A stretch of DNA of 64,000 nt, taken from contig JAPOPM010000175.1 in the NCBI GenBank assembly GCA_026712905.1, forward strand, positions 4,419-68,418, given 5' to 3'. Position 1 is the first letter of the stretch; the number at the start of each line of letters is the position of its first letter. The notes beneath the pieces were generated by a model. That model did no database searches. It was not told the DNA's origin and saw only the letters and a list, made by a program, of their open reading frames with translations. Shown piece by piece: positions 47,011 to 56,887 of the stretch. Position numbers and translations under genes: made by a program. The DNA is from Deltaproteobacteria bacterium (GTDB taxonomy: Bacteria > Desulfobacterota > Binatia > UBA9968 > JAJDTQ01).

Positions 47011-48375
47011 TCAGAAGAGGATTTCCCAGCATGCTTCCAGCGTTGCGACCCCGACCAACTCGGGTTCCTTGACATGCGGCAACTGCCGGCAATTCCCCTG
47101 CGGCAGGATACACCTGCGGAAACCGAGTTTGCCCGCTTCCGCCACCCGTGCCTCGGCTCGCGTTACGGTGCGGATTTCCCCGGCCAGACCGACTTCGCCG
47201 ACGAAGATCGTGTGCGGGTCCAGCGCCCGGTCGAGCGCGCTTGAGGCCACTCCCACCGCGATCCCCAAATCCACCGCGGGTTCGGACACGCTGACACCGC
47301 CGGCCACGTTGATGAACACGTCCTTGTCGTAGAAGTTCATCCCCTTGCGCTTCTCCAGGATGGCGAGGATCAGCGCCACCCGGTTGGTGTCGACGCCGAT
47401 GCAGGTGCGCCGCGGCAGCGTAAGGAACGAGCGCGTCACCAGGGACTGGATCTCCACCAGGATCGGGCGGGTGCCCTCCATGCTGGGAACCACAACCGAG
47501 CCCGATCCGCCCAAGGGACGCTCGGAGAGAAAGATCTCGGAGGGGTTGGACACTTGGCGCAGCCCCGCCTCCTGCATTTCGAACACGCCGATCTCGTTGG
47601 TGGAGCCGAAGCGGTTCTTCACGGCGCGCAGGATGCGGAAGCTGTGGCCGCGCTCGCCCTCGAAGTAGAGCACCGTGTCCACCATATGCTCCAGGACACG
47701 CGGACCGGCGATGGCGCCGTCCTTGGTCACGTGACCCACCAGGAAGGTGCCGATGCCGCTCTTCTTGGCCAGGGAGATCAGCGCGCTCGAACATTCCCGG
47801 ACCTGTCCGATGCTTCCCGGCGCCGAGGGGATGGCCGAAGTGTGTACCGTCTGGATGGAATCCACCACCAGCACCGCGGGCTTGACCGCCTTGACCTGCT
47901 CCAGGATGCGCTCCAGCGACGTCTCGCTCAGCACCAGCAGGTTCGAGGCGCCCAAGGCGATCCGCCGGGCGCGCATCTTGACCTGCTGCTCGGACTCCTC
48001 GCCCGAGACGTAGAGACAAGGGGCCCCGTCCTGGCTCAAGGCCGCCACCGCCTGGAGCAGCAGCGTCGACTTGCCGATGCCGGGGTCGCCGCCGATGAGC
48101 ACGGCCGAGCCGTCCACCAGCCCGCCGCCGAGAACCCGATCGAACTCCTCGATGCCGGAGCGCAGGCGCCGGTCCGTATCCGCCGTCACCGCGTCGATGG
48201 GCGATGGCGCGTGCGCCGGCCCGGCCTCAACGCCGCCGCCGCGCCCGCCCGGGTCGCCCGTGACCGCTTCCTCCACCAGCGAGTTCCACTGCCCGCAGTC
48301 CGGACACCGCCCGAGCCACTTGGGCGACTGGAAACCGCAGTTCTGACATTCGTAGATGACCCGCGCCCGCGCCAT
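47011..48375 (-). CDS. radA: DNA repair protein RadA (Sms)
   Basis: N-terminal zinc finger CxxC...CxxC, RecA-like Walker A GDPGIGKST, Lon-like C-terminal domain. Confidence 0.9.
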   Translation of the reverse strand: MARARVIYECQNCGFQSPKWLGRCPDCGQWNSLVEEAVTGDPGGRGGGVEAGPAHAPSPIDAVTADTDRRLRSGIEEFDRVLGGGLVDGSAVLIGGDPGIGKSTLLLQAVAALSQDGAPCLYVSGEESEQQVKMRARRIALGASNLLVLSETSLERILEQVKAVKPAVLVVDSIQTVHTSAIPSAPGSIGQVRECSSALISLAKKSGIGTFLVGHVTKDGAIAGPRVLEHMVDTVLYFEGERGHSFRILRAVKNRFGSTNEIGVFEMQEAGLRQVSNPSEIFLSERPLGGSGSVVVPSMEGTRPILVEIQSLVTRSFLTLPRRTCIGVDTNRVALILAILEKRKGMNFYDKDVFINVAGGVSVSEPAVDLGIAVGVASSALDRALDPHTIFVGEVGLAGEIRTVTRAEARVAEAGKLGFRRCILPQGNCRQLPHVKEPELVGVATLEACWEILF

Positions 48376-48447
48376 GCACCACTCCCTTCCGTGTGACTGT
48401 TCATTATAGACTGCCCGGCGCCAAGACTGTTAACATTTCCCCGAGAC

Positions 48448-49566
48448 ATGGCGTTTTACCTGCACATCGACATGGACTCCTTCTACGTGTCCGTGGAACG
48501 CGTCCTCGACCCATCCCTCGAAGGCAAGCCGGTGATGGTCGGCGGCGCCGGCCGTGGCGTGGTGACCTCGGCTTCGTACGAGGCGCGCCAATACGGGGTG
48601 CGCTCCGCCATGCCCGGGTTCCAGGCGCGCCGGCTCTGTCCCGATGGCATCTTCGTTCCCGGCCGGCGCAGGGTCTACAGCGAATTCTCGCAGAAGGTGT
48701 TCGACCTGCTGCGCTCGTTCTCGCCGGACGTGCGCGCGTACTCCATCGACGAAGGGCTCGTCGATCTCACCGGCACGGAAAAGCTGATGGGCCATCCCGT
48801 GGGCACGGCGCACGACATCATCGGACGCATCAAGCAGGAGCTGGGGCTGCCGTCGTCCGGCGGCCTCGCCACGCACCCGACCCTGGCCAAGATCGCCGCC
48901 ACCGCCGTGAAACCCCGCGGCCTGCTCTACGTGCCGCCCGGCGCCGAGGAGCGTTTCCTCGGACCGCTGGACGTGTCGGTCATCCCCGGCGTCGGCCCCA
49001 AGACACACCGCGAGATGGTGAGCCGCGGCGTCGCCACGGTTGCCCAGCTTCTTTCCCACCCCCGGCTGGGCAAGCGCTACCTGAACCTGGAGCGGCAAGG
49101 CGCCGTCCCGCACGCGCACGAGCACTCGATCGGGAGCGAGACCACGCTGTCGCAGCCGCTCACGGAGCCCGCGGACATGGAACAGGTGCTGGGCGGCCTC
49201 GTGGGCGAGGTGGCCGCGCGGCTTCGCCGCCAGGACGGGCGCGCCCGGCGCATCACCGTGAAGATCCGCTATTCCGATTTCAAGACCATCACCCGGTCGC
49301 GCACCCTGAAGGCGCCCACCTGCTTCGACGTGGACATCTTCAAGGTGGCGCGTGAACTGCTCGCGCACAACGTATCGCCGGGCCGGCCCGTGCGCCTCCT
49401 CGGGATCAGCACGAGCGGCATCACCACCGAAGGCTGGCAGGACACGATCTTCGACTACCGCGAGCGCGCCTCCATGGACAAGCTCTACAAGGGGATCGAC
49501 AAACTGCAGGACAAGTACGGCAAGGGAGCCGTGACCCTGGGGGCGGGGAAGCGGCGCTCGGACTAG
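48448..49566 (+). CDS. dinB: DNA polymerase IV (DinB, Y-family)
   Basis: HIDMDSFYVSVE and SIDEGLVD catalytic motifs. Confidence 0.9.
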   Translation: MAFYLHIDMDSFYVSVERVLDPSLEGKPVMVGGAGRGVVTSASYEARQYGVRSAMPGFQARRLCPDGIFVPGRRRVYSEFSQKVFDLLRSFSPDVRAYSIDEGLVDLTGTEKLMGHPVGTAHDIIGRIKQELGLPSSGGLATHPTLAKIAATAVKPRGLLYVPPGAEERFLGPLDVSVIPGVGPKTHREMVSRGVATVAQLLSHPRLGKRYLNLERQGAVPHAHEHSIGSETTLSQPLTEPADMEQVLGGLVGEVAARLRRQDGRARRITVKIRYSDFKTITRSRTLKAPTCFDVDIFKVARELLAHNVSPGRPVRLLGISTSGITTEGWQDTIFDYRERASMDKLYKGIDKLQDKYGKGAVTLGAGKRRSD

Positions 49567-49583
49567 TGAACGACAGAACGACA

Positions 49584-50618
49584 ATGACCGACACATCATC
49601 ACAACACCCGTTTCTCACCGCCTGCCGTCGCGGCAAGACCCCTTACACCCCGGTGTGGCTCATGCGCCAGGCCGGGCGCTACATGAAGGAGTACCGCGAC
49701 GTGAGGGCCAAGGTCGGCTTTCTGGAGCTGTGCAAGACGCCCGACCTCGTCGCCGAGGTGACGGTGACGCCGGTGGAGCGCCTCAACGTGGACGCCGCCA
49801 TCCTGTTCGCCGACATCCTGTTGCTGCTGGAGCCCATGGGCGTGGGGCTGGAATACGCCACGGGCGGGCCGGTGATCGAGCGGCCGGTGAGGACCGGTGC
49901 GGACGTCGACGCGCTACGGGACCCGGTCCCGGAAGAGTCCCTGGCCTACGTCTACGCCGCCGTCCGCAGCACCCGCGCCGCGCTGGCCGGACGTGTGCCC
50001 TTGATCGGATTCTGCGGCGCTCCGTTCACGCTCGCCTCGTACCTGATCGAGGGCGGCGCCTCGCGCAACTACATCCACACCAAGCGGCTGTTCCAAACCG
50101 ACCCCGGCGCTTGGAGCGCGCTCATGGACCGGCTCGTGGACGCCACCGTGACCTACGTCAACGCCCAGATCGAGGCCGGCATCGACGCTCTCCAGGTCTT
50201 CGATAGCTGGGTGGGTAGCCTGGCGCCCGGGGACTACCGCGAATACGTCCTGCCGCACATGCGCCGGCTGATGGCGGCCGTCACCCCCGGCGTCCCGGTC
50301 ATCCACTTCGGCACCGCCACCAGCGGCCTGCTGGAGCTCATGCGCGAGGCCGGCAGCGACGTGATGGGCGTCGACTGGCGCGTGGACCTGGACGAGGCCT
50401 GGAGCCGAATCGGCCACGACGTCGCCATCCAGGGGAACCTCGATCCCGTGGCCCTGTTCGCGCCCCCCGCCGAGATCCGCCGCCGCGTCAAGGATATTCT
50501 CCAACGGGCCGCGGGCCGCCCCGGCCACATCTTCAACCTCGGCCACGGCATCCTCCCGGAGACCCCCGTGGACCACGTGCGCGCCATGGTGGACGCGGTG
50601 CACGAGCTCAGCGGGTAG
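49584..50618 (+). CDS. hemE: Uroporphyrinogen decarboxylase
   Basis: PVWLMRQAGRYMKEY signature. Start at ATG 49584; the track GTG at 49566 overlaps the dinB stop. Confidence 0.9.
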   Translation: MTDTSSQHPFLTACRRGKTPYTPVWLMRQAGRYMKEYRDVRAKVGFLELCKTPDLVAEVTVTPVERLNVDAAILFADILLLLEPMGVGLEYATGGPVIERPVRTGADVDALRDPVPEESLAYVYAAVRSTRAALAGRVPLIGFCGAPFTLASYLIEGGASRNYIHTKRLFQTDPGAWSALMDRLVDATVTYVNAQIEAGIDALQVFDSWVGSLAPGDYREYVLPHMRRLMAAVTPGVPVIHFGTATSGLLELMREAGSDVMGVDWRVDLDEAWSRIGHDVAIQGNLDPVALFAPPAEIRRRVKDILQRAAGRPGHIFNLGHGILPETPVDHVRAMVDAVHELSG

Positions 50619-50689
50619 GAAACATGTCCCGCCATCACGGGCACGACCACCACGGGTATGACCACCACCGGCACGAGAACGCCGCCCAG

Positions 50690-50806
50690 ACCCCGAATCC
50701 GTCATTCCCGCGGAAGCGGGAATCCAGGGGTGGAGAGGGGTCCAGCGGCCGTGGGTCCTCCCCTCACCCCGCCTGGATTCCCGCTTTCGCGGGAATGACT
50801 GTCGGG
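50690..50806. repeat. Composite REP/MITE-like repeat, copy E
   Basis: ccgtcattcccgcggaagcgggaatccaggggtgg ... ccgcctggattcccgctttcgcgggaatgac inverted pair. Confidence 0.8.
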
Positions 50807-50849
50807 TGTTCCGCACCAACCGCTACTTGAGCATGCCGGATTCGCAGCC

Positions 50850-52298
50850 ATGAACAGGCACGTCATCGTCATCGGCGGAGGCATCTCGGGTCTGGCCGCC
50901 GCGCATCGGCTGACCGAGCTGAGCCGCGCGGGAGCCCTGGAGATGAGAGTCACGCTGCTGGAGGCCTCCGACCGCCTCGGCGGCGTCATCGCCACCGAGC
51001 AGACCGGCGACCTCCTTCTGGAACTCGGCCCCGACTCCTACATAACCGACAAGCCGGCCGCGTTGAGCCTCTGCGAGCGTCTGGGGCTCACCGACCGCCT
51101 CATAGCCCCGCAACGTGCAGACGGGCTGAAACTCTACACCGTCAACCGCGGCCGCCTGGAGCCGCTCCCCGAGGGCTTCCTGCTGATGGCCCCCACCCGA
51201 GTCGGCTCGGTGCTGCGCAGCCCGCTGTTCTCCTGGATCGGCAAGCTACGCATGGCCCTGGAGCCCCTGGTCCCGCGCCGCTCCGGCGCCGGCGACGAAA
51301 GCCTCGCCTCGTTCGTGCGCCGCCGGCTGGGCCGGGAAGTCCTGGAGCGTGTCGCGCAACCACTCATCGGCGGCATCTACGCCTCCGACCCGGAGCACCT
51401 CAGCCTCGCCGCCACCATGCCCCGCTTCCCGGAGATGGAGCGCAACCACGGCAGCGTCATCCTCGGGAGCCGTCAGGCGCAGAAGCGCCGCGCCCAGTCG
51501 GCCAGCGAAACCGGCGCCCGCTGGAGCCTGTTCGTCAGCATCGACGGCGGCATGGAAGTGCTCGTGCGGAGCATCGAGCAAGCACTCGCCCCCGGCGTGG
51601 TGCGACTTGGCGAGGAGGTCCGGGAGCTGTCCTGGAACGCGGACGCCCGCCGCTGGCGCGTCGCCACCGGGCGCACCGGATCAGAGCCAGATTCCAGCGA
51701 GCTGGAAGCCGACGCCGTCATCTGCACCCTGCCGGCTCATGTAGCGGGCGATGCCCTGACAACGCTGGACCCCGACTTGGCCAACGAACTCAAAGCGATC
51801 CCCTTCTCGTCCACCGCCACCGTCAACCTCGCCTACCGCCGTAGCGATATCGCCCATCCCCTGGACGGCTACGGCTTCGTGGTCCCCCACGTGGAAAACC
51901 GGGCGATCATGGCCTGCACGTTCAGCAGCGTGAAGTACGCCGGAAGGGCACCGAAAGACATCGCCCTGCTGCGCTGCTTCGTCGGCGGCGCCCTGCAAAC
52001 CCACCTGCTCGACCAGTCCGACGAGTCAATGGAAGCCCAGGTGCACGACGACCTGACCGCCCTCCTCGGCATTTCCGGCGAACCGATCCTCCGGCGCACC
52101 ACCCGCTATCCCGACTGCATGCCCCAATACAACGTCGGCCACCTGGAACGCGTCGAGAGAATCGAGAGCAGACTCAAGCACTTTCCTGCCCTCGCCCTCG
52201 CTGGCAAGAATTATCGGGGCGTTGGCATCGCCGACTGCGTCGCGGGAGGCGAAACAGCAGCGGAGACGATTGTGGAGAGACTTCCACACACGGGGTGA
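50850..52298 (+). CDS. hemY: Protoporphyrinogen/coproporphyrinogen III oxidase (FAD-dependent, HemY-type)
   Basis: 482 aa; N-terminal GxGxxG (VIVIGGGISGLAAA), amine-oxidase fold; adjacent to hemE. Confidence 0.8.
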   Translation: MNRHVIVIGGGISGLAAAHRLTELSRAGALEMRVTLLEASDRLGGVIATEQTGDLLLELGPDSYITDKPAALSLCERLGLTDRLIAPQRADGLKLYTVNRGRLEPLPEGFLLMAPTRVGSVLRSPLFSWIGKLRMALEPLVPRRSGAGDESLASFVRRRLGREVLERVAQPLIGGIYASDPEHLSLAATMPRFPEMERNHGSVILGSRQAQKRRAQSASETGARWSLFVSIDGGMEVLVRSIEQALAPGVVRLGEEVRELSWNADARRWRVATGRTGSEPDSSELEADAVICTLPAHVAGDALTTLDPDLANELKAIPFSSTATVNLAYRRSDIAHPLDGYGFVVPHVENRAIMACTFSSVKYAGRAPKDIALLRCFVGGALQTHLLDQSDESMEAQVHDDLTALLGISGEPILRRTTRYPDCMPQYNVGHLERVERIESRLKHFPALALAGKNYRGVGIADCVAGGETAAETIVERLPHTG

Positions 52299-52339
52299 TC
52301 ACTGCACTTCCACCGAGGTCTCCGTACACCAGACGTCGC

Positions 52340-52516
52340 TTGGACATTGCCTTTGTCATTCCAGGCTATGTCAAGACTCCGCTTGGCCACGCAACGGCAC
52401 CGCCGTACGAGTCGTCATTCCCGCGGAAGCGGGAAGGTGGATTCCCGCTTCCGCGGGAATGACGACTCGGGGCGTTGGTGTCAATTCTCATCCAAGCGGA
52501 GTTTTGACACAGCCTG
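52340..52516. repeat. Composite REP/MITE-like repeat, copy F
   Basis: tgtcaagactccgcttggccacg module, gtcattcccgcggaagcgggaaggtggattcccgcttccgcgggaatgacg inverted pair, gagttttgacacagcc module. Confidence 0.8.
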
Positions 52517-52520
52517 ATTC

Positions 52521-52553
52521 GGCAACAGAATTCTTGCCAAGAATTCTGTTGCC
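52521..52553. promoter_or_regulatory. AT-rich 33-bp perfect palindrome GGCAACAGAATTCTTG-C-CAAGAATTCTGTTGCC (candidate operator)
   Basis: Perfect 16-bp arms around a central C; AT-rich in a 68% GC context. Lies between repeat copy F and the divergent VOC gene, and carries two GAATTC sites. Confidence 0.4.
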
Positions 52554-52624
52554 AAACAGCGGGTTCCTGCCGGACAGAGGGATGCCGCGACGTGACTGCT
52601 GATACGAGATGAAGCCCGTGGAAA

Positions 52625-53044
52625 TCAGCCGCCGCGGATACTCTGCCCGCTCAGCGTCGGCTCATAAAGCATCTGGATCACCACCCCGTCCGGGTCCGCG
52701 CAGTAGAACGAGGCGCTGCCGTCGCGGTGGCGTTTGAAGGGTTTGATGATGGTGACCTGTTTGGCGCGGAACTCGGCTTCGAGTTCCTGGACGCGGTCGA
52801 TGTCGGAGACGATGAAGCCGAGGTGATCGAGGGCGGAGGTGGCGGCGTCGGGAGGCCGGCCGACGGGGGTTTCGTGGAGGGCGAGGTTGTCGGAGCCGGA
52901 GCTCAGGTAGGCGTTTTGGGGGTCGGGCTGCCACACGACCTCCATGCCCAGGATATCGTGGTAGAAGGCTTTGGAGCGCTCGACGTCCTCGACGTTGAGG
53001 GCGATGTGGCGCATTCCCATGAGGCCACTGAGCGCCTTGGGCAT
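52625..53044 (-). CDS. VOC-family protein (glyoxalase/bleomycin resistance/dioxygenase fold)
   Basis: About 139 aa from the internal ATG (MPKALSGLMGMRHIALNVEDVERSKAFYHDILGMEVV...). Confidence 0.65.
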   Translation of the reverse strand: MPKALSGLMGMRHIALNVEDVERSKAFYHDILGMEVVWQPDPQNAYLSSGSDNLALHETPVGRPPDAATSALDHLGFIVSDIDRVQELEAEFRAKQVTIIKPFKRHRDGSASFYCADPDGVVIQMLYEPTLSGQSIRGG

Positions 53045-53181
53045 GGTTTGGTCCTTGCTGGGGTTGGTACGCGAAACCTCGCCGCGTAATCGAGTCGTGG
53101 CCCGCAGGGGCGACCCGCCGGTCGTCCCTGCACGGATCATTTCCATGCCTCGCGGTGGATTCCCGACTCTCGGACAGACTG

Positions 53182-54039
53182 CTAACCGTTCATAGCGTCC
53201 TGGATGGCCCGGGCGGTGTTGAGCCGGGCCAGGTGGGCGCGGAACTCGCCGGACGCGTGGATGTCGTCCAGGGCGTCGGCGCCGTCGGCTACCCCGGCCG
53301 CGGCCGCGGTGATGTTGTCGGTGGTCAGCGCCTTGCCTCGGAGCTGGTCCTCCACCGCGCCGGCGCGGAAGGGCGTGCCGGCCAGGCCGGTGACGCCGAT
53401 GGCGATGTCGGAGCAGGTGTCGCCGTCGGCCTTCAGGCAGACCGCGATGCCGACGATGGCGAAGCCCGAGGCCTTCTGCTTGACCTTGCGATACGCGGCG
53501 CGGGTGCCGGCGGCGGCCACGGGAACGCTCACGCCCGTCAGGATCTCGGAAGCCTCGATGGCGGTGGTCAGGGGGCCGAGGAAGAAGTCCCCGGCGGCCA
53601 CCGAGCGAGAGCCGCCGCTGCTGGTCAGCGTCAGTTCGGCGCCCATGGCGAGCAGCGCCGCGGGCCAGTCCGCGGCCGGGTCGCCGTGGACCACGCTGCC
53701 GCCGATGGTGCCGCGGTTGCGCACCTGGGGGTCGCCGATGCTGCCGGCGGTGAGGGCCAGCAACGCGCCGTTGTTCTTGACGTCGCTGGAGGTCTCCACC
53801 TGATGATGCGTGACCAGGGCGCCGATGCGGAGCGTGCCGCCGTCCACCTGGATCTGCCGCAGGGTGTCCAGCCGCTTGAGGTCGATGACGACCCCGGGCT
53901 GAGCCAGCCTCAGCTTCATCATCGGCAGCAGGCTGTGTCCGCCGGCCATCACCTTGCCGTTGTCGCCGGCCTCCGCCAGGCTGGCGGCCGCGGCCTCGAG
54001 GCTGTCGGGAACGATGTAATCGAAGGCTGCTGGTATCAT
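53182..54039 (-). CDS. FAD-binding medium subunit of molybdenum hydroxylase (CoxM-like), cluster 2
   Basis: 285 aa; MAGGHSLLPMMK FAD-binding motif. Confidence 0.8.
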   Translation of the reverse strand: MIPAAFDYIVPDSLEAAAASLAEAGDNGKVMAGGHSLLPMMKLRLAQPGVVIDLKRLDTLRQIQVDGGTLRIGALVTHHQVETSSDVKNNGALLALTAGSIGDPQVRNRGTIGGSVVHGDPAADWPAALLAMGAELTLTSSGGSRSVAAGDFFLGPLTTAIEASEILTGVSVPVAAAGTRAAYRKVKQKASGFAIVGIAVCLKADGDTCSDIAIGVTGLAGTPFRAGAVEDQLRGKALTTDNITAAAAGVADGADALDDIHASGEFRAHLARLNTARAIQDAMNG

Positions 54040-54073
54040 GATCGGCTCTCGCTATCTTCTTGTTTCGTAGTGG

Positions 54074-56401
54074 TCACTTGTTACCGCCCTGGCACAGGCG
54101 CCAGATCTTCTCGGGCTTGAGCGGCATGTCGATGTGCTTGACGCCGAACGGAGCGAGCGCGTCCACCACCGCGTTGACGATGGACGGCGTGGAGCCGATG
54201 GTGCCGGCCTCGCCCACTCCCTTCACCCCCATGGGGTTCACCGGCGACGGCGTCTCCGTGCGGTCGAACTCCAGGGGCGGCAAGTCTTCGGCGCGGGCCA
54301 CGGCGTAGTCCATCAGGCTGCCGGTGACGAGTTGGCCGTCCTCGTCGTAGATCACCTCTTCCAGGAGCGCCTGTCCCAGGCCCTGGGCGATGCCGCCCTG
54401 CACCTGACCGTCCACGATCATCGGGTTGATGACCTTGCCGCAGTCGTCCACCGCCACGTACTTCTTGATCTCGATCTCGCCGCTCTGAGTGTCCACCTCC
54501 ACCACGCAAATGTGCGTGCCGAAGGGGAACGTGAAGTTGGACGGCTCGAACACCGAGGTCGCCTGAAGCCCCGGCTCCATGCCGGCCGGCAGCTTGGTGG
54601 CCACGTGCGCCTGCAGCGCCACCTCCTGGATGGTGATGCCCTTGTCGGGCACGCCCTTGACCGTGAACTTGCCGTCCTCGAACTCCAGGTCATCGGTGCT
54701 GCATTCCAGCACGTTGGCGGCGATGGCCTCGGCCTTCTCGCGAACTTGCTGCGTCGCCATGTACACCGCGGTGCCGCCCACCGAGATGCCGCGGCTGCCG
54801 AAGGTGCCGATGCCGTTGGGCACCACCGCCGTGTCGCCGTGCTTCACGGCCACGTCCTCGATGGGAACGCCGAGATCGTCGGAGACGATCTGCGCGAAGG
54901 TGGTCTCTTCACCTTGGCCGTGGGGCGAGACGCCCGTCAGCACGGTGGCCTTGCCGGTGAAGTCCATGCGCACGGTGCCGCTCTCCCAGCCGCCCGCCGG
55001 CAGCGCCGCGGATGGCCCCATGGCGCAGATCTCGACATAGGTGGAGAAGCCGATGCCCAGGTGGCGGCCTTCTTCCCGCAGCCGCTTCTGCTCGGCGCGA
55101 AGGTCCTGGTAGCCCACCATCTCCAACGCCCGGTCCAGCGCCGCCTGGTAGTTGCCGCTGTCGTAGGCGAGGCCGGTGGCCACCTGCAGCGGGAAGTCGG
55201 AGGGCTGGGCGAAGTTCTTGCGGCGCAGCTCCACCGGGTCCATGTCCAGCTCCCGCGCGATCAGGTCCAGGGTGCGCTCGATCACCAGGGTGGCTTCGGG
55301 CCTGCCGGCGCCGCGGTAGGCGTCGGTGGCCACCTTGTTGGTGAAGCCGCCGGTGGAGGTGAACTTCAGGGTCGGGATCTTGTACGAACCGCTGATCATC
55401 AGGCCGGTGAGCGGCGGCATTCCCGGCGTCAAGAGCTGGTGATAGGCGCCGGTGTCCAGCAGGCTGTCGTAAGTGACGCCCAGGATCGTGCCGTCCTTCT
55501 TCACCGCGGCTTCCACGGTGCCCACCTGTCCGCGGCCGTGGATCGTCGCCTGCATGTTCTCGCGGCGTCCTTCGATCCACTTCACCGTGCCCTTGAGCTT
55601 CATCGCCAGGTGGGCCAGCAGGCCCTCCTCCCGGTAGACGTTGAGCTTGCAGCCGAAGCCGCCGCCCACCTCCGGGGCGATGATGCGGATGCGGTGTTCC
55701 GGGTAGTTGAGCATGAGCGCCAGCATGGCCCGCAGGAGATGCGGGATCTGCGTAGAGCTCCAGACGGTCAGCTCGTCCTCGCCCGGGAAGTACCGCGCCA
55801 CCACGCCGCGCGTCTCCACCGAGATCGGCGCGAGCCGCTGGTGAATGAACTTCTGCTTGACGACGACGTCCGCCTCGGCGCGGGCCTTGTCCATGTCCCC
55901 GGTGCCGCACTCGAAGGTGAAGGCCTGGTTGCTGTCCCACTGGGAATGGACCAGCGGCGAACCCGGCTGCAGCGCCTTCTCCAGGTCCGAGACCGCCGGC
56001 AGCGGCTCATAGTCCACCTCGATGAGGTCGCGAGCGTCCCGGGCCGTGTACGAGTCCCCGGCCACCGCCACCGCCACCGGCTCCCCGACATACCGCACTT
56101 CGTCCTGGGCCAGCACCGGGTGCGGCGGCGTGCGCAGGGTCGGATTGGCGGCGGCGCAGGGCACCGAGCCCACGCTGTCGCCGATGTCCGCGCCGGTGAC
56201 GACGGTGACGACGCCGGGCAAGGCCCGCGCCGCGTCCGTGTTGATGCCGATGATGCGGGCGTGGGCGTGGGGGCTCCGCAGGATGGCCGCGTGCATCACG
56301 TCCGCCATCCGGAGATCGTCCACGTAGTGCGACAACCCCTGCACCAGGCGGGGGTCTTCACGCCGCTTTACCTTGGTTCCTACAAGCTTGCTTACCGGCA
56401 T
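54074..56401 (-). CDS. Form II CO-dehydrogenase-like molybdopterin large subunit (CoxL form II, active-site loop AYRGAGR)
   Basis: 775 aa; VATDAYRGAGRPE motif is diagnostic of form II CoxL homologs, whose substrate is not established. Confidence 0.85.
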   Translation of the reverse strand: MPVSKLVGTKVKRREDPRLVQGLSHYVDDLRMADVMHAAILRSPHAHARIIGINTDAARALPGVVTVVTGADIGDSVGSVPCAAANPTLRTPPHPVLAQDEVRYVGEPVAVAVAGDSYTARDARDLIEVDYEPLPAVSDLEKALQPGSPLVHSQWDSNQAFTFECGTGDMDKARAEADVVVKQKFIHQRLAPISVETRGVVARYFPGEDELTVWSSTQIPHLLRAMLALMLNYPEHRIRIIAPEVGGGFGCKLNVYREEGLLAHLAMKLKGTVKWIEGRRENMQATIHGRGQVGTVEAAVKKDGTILGVTYDSLLDTGAYHQLLTPGMPPLTGLMISGSYKIPTLKFTSTGGFTNKVATDAYRGAGRPEATLVIERTLDLIARELDMDPVELRRKNFAQPSDFPLQVATGLAYDSGNYQAALDRALEMVGYQDLRAEQKRLREEGRHLGIGFSTYVEICAMGPSAALPAGGWESGTVRMDFTGKATVLTGVSPHGQGEETTFAQIVSDDLGVPIEDVAVKHGDTAVVPNGIGTFGSRGISVGGTAVYMATQQVREKAEAIAANVLECSTDDLEFEDGKFTVKGVPDKGITIQEVALQAHVATKLPAGMEPGLQATSVFEPSNFTFPFGTHICVVEVDTQSGEIEIKKYVAVDDCGKVINPMIVDGQVQGGIAQGLGQALLEEVIYDEDGQLVTGSLMDYAVARAEDLPPLEFDRTETPSPVNPMGVKGVGEAGTIGSTPSIVNAVVDALAPFGVKHIDMPLKPEKIWRLCQGGNK

Positions 56402-56404
56402 GGC

Positions 56405-56887
56405 TTACGTCCCAGCTTTCATTTGTTCGGCGGCTTGCTGCACCGCGTCGACGATATGCTTGTACCCGGTGCACCGGCAGATGTTGCCTTCGAGCCCGTG
56501 GCGGATCTCCTTCTCCGACGGGCTCGGGTTCTCCTGAAGGAGCTGCCGCGTGGCCATGATCATGCCCGGCGTGCAGAAGCCGCACTGGAGCCCGTGACAG
56601 TCCCAGAAGGCTTCCTGTATCGGATGCAGCCCGTCATCGGTGGCGAGGGATTCGATGGTCTCGACCTCGCATCCGTCCACCTGCACGGCCAGCAGGGTGC
56701 AGGATTTCGCCGCCGCGCCGTCCACCATCACCGTGCACGCGCCGCACAGGCTCGTCTCGCAACCGATGTGGGTACCCGTGAGAGCCAGCACGTCCCGCAG
56801 GTAGTGCACCAGCAAGAGGCGCGGCTGGACTTCGTCCGTCCGGCTGACGCCGTTGACTCGAACCTGAATCGTGGTTGTGTTGCTCAT
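56405..56887 (-). CDS. (2Fe-2S)-binding small subunit (CoxS-like), cluster 2
   Basis: 160 aa; CETSLCGAC and CGFCTPG/CRCTGY motifs. Confidence 0.85.
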   Translation of the reverse strand: MSNTTTIQVRVNGVSRTDEVQPRLLLVHYLRDVLALTGTHIGCETSLCGACTVMVDGAAAKSCTLLAVQVDGCEVETIESLATDDGLHPIQEAFWDCHGLQCGFCTPGMIMATRQLLQENPSPSEKEIRHGLEGNICRCTGYKHIVDAVQQAAEQMKAGT

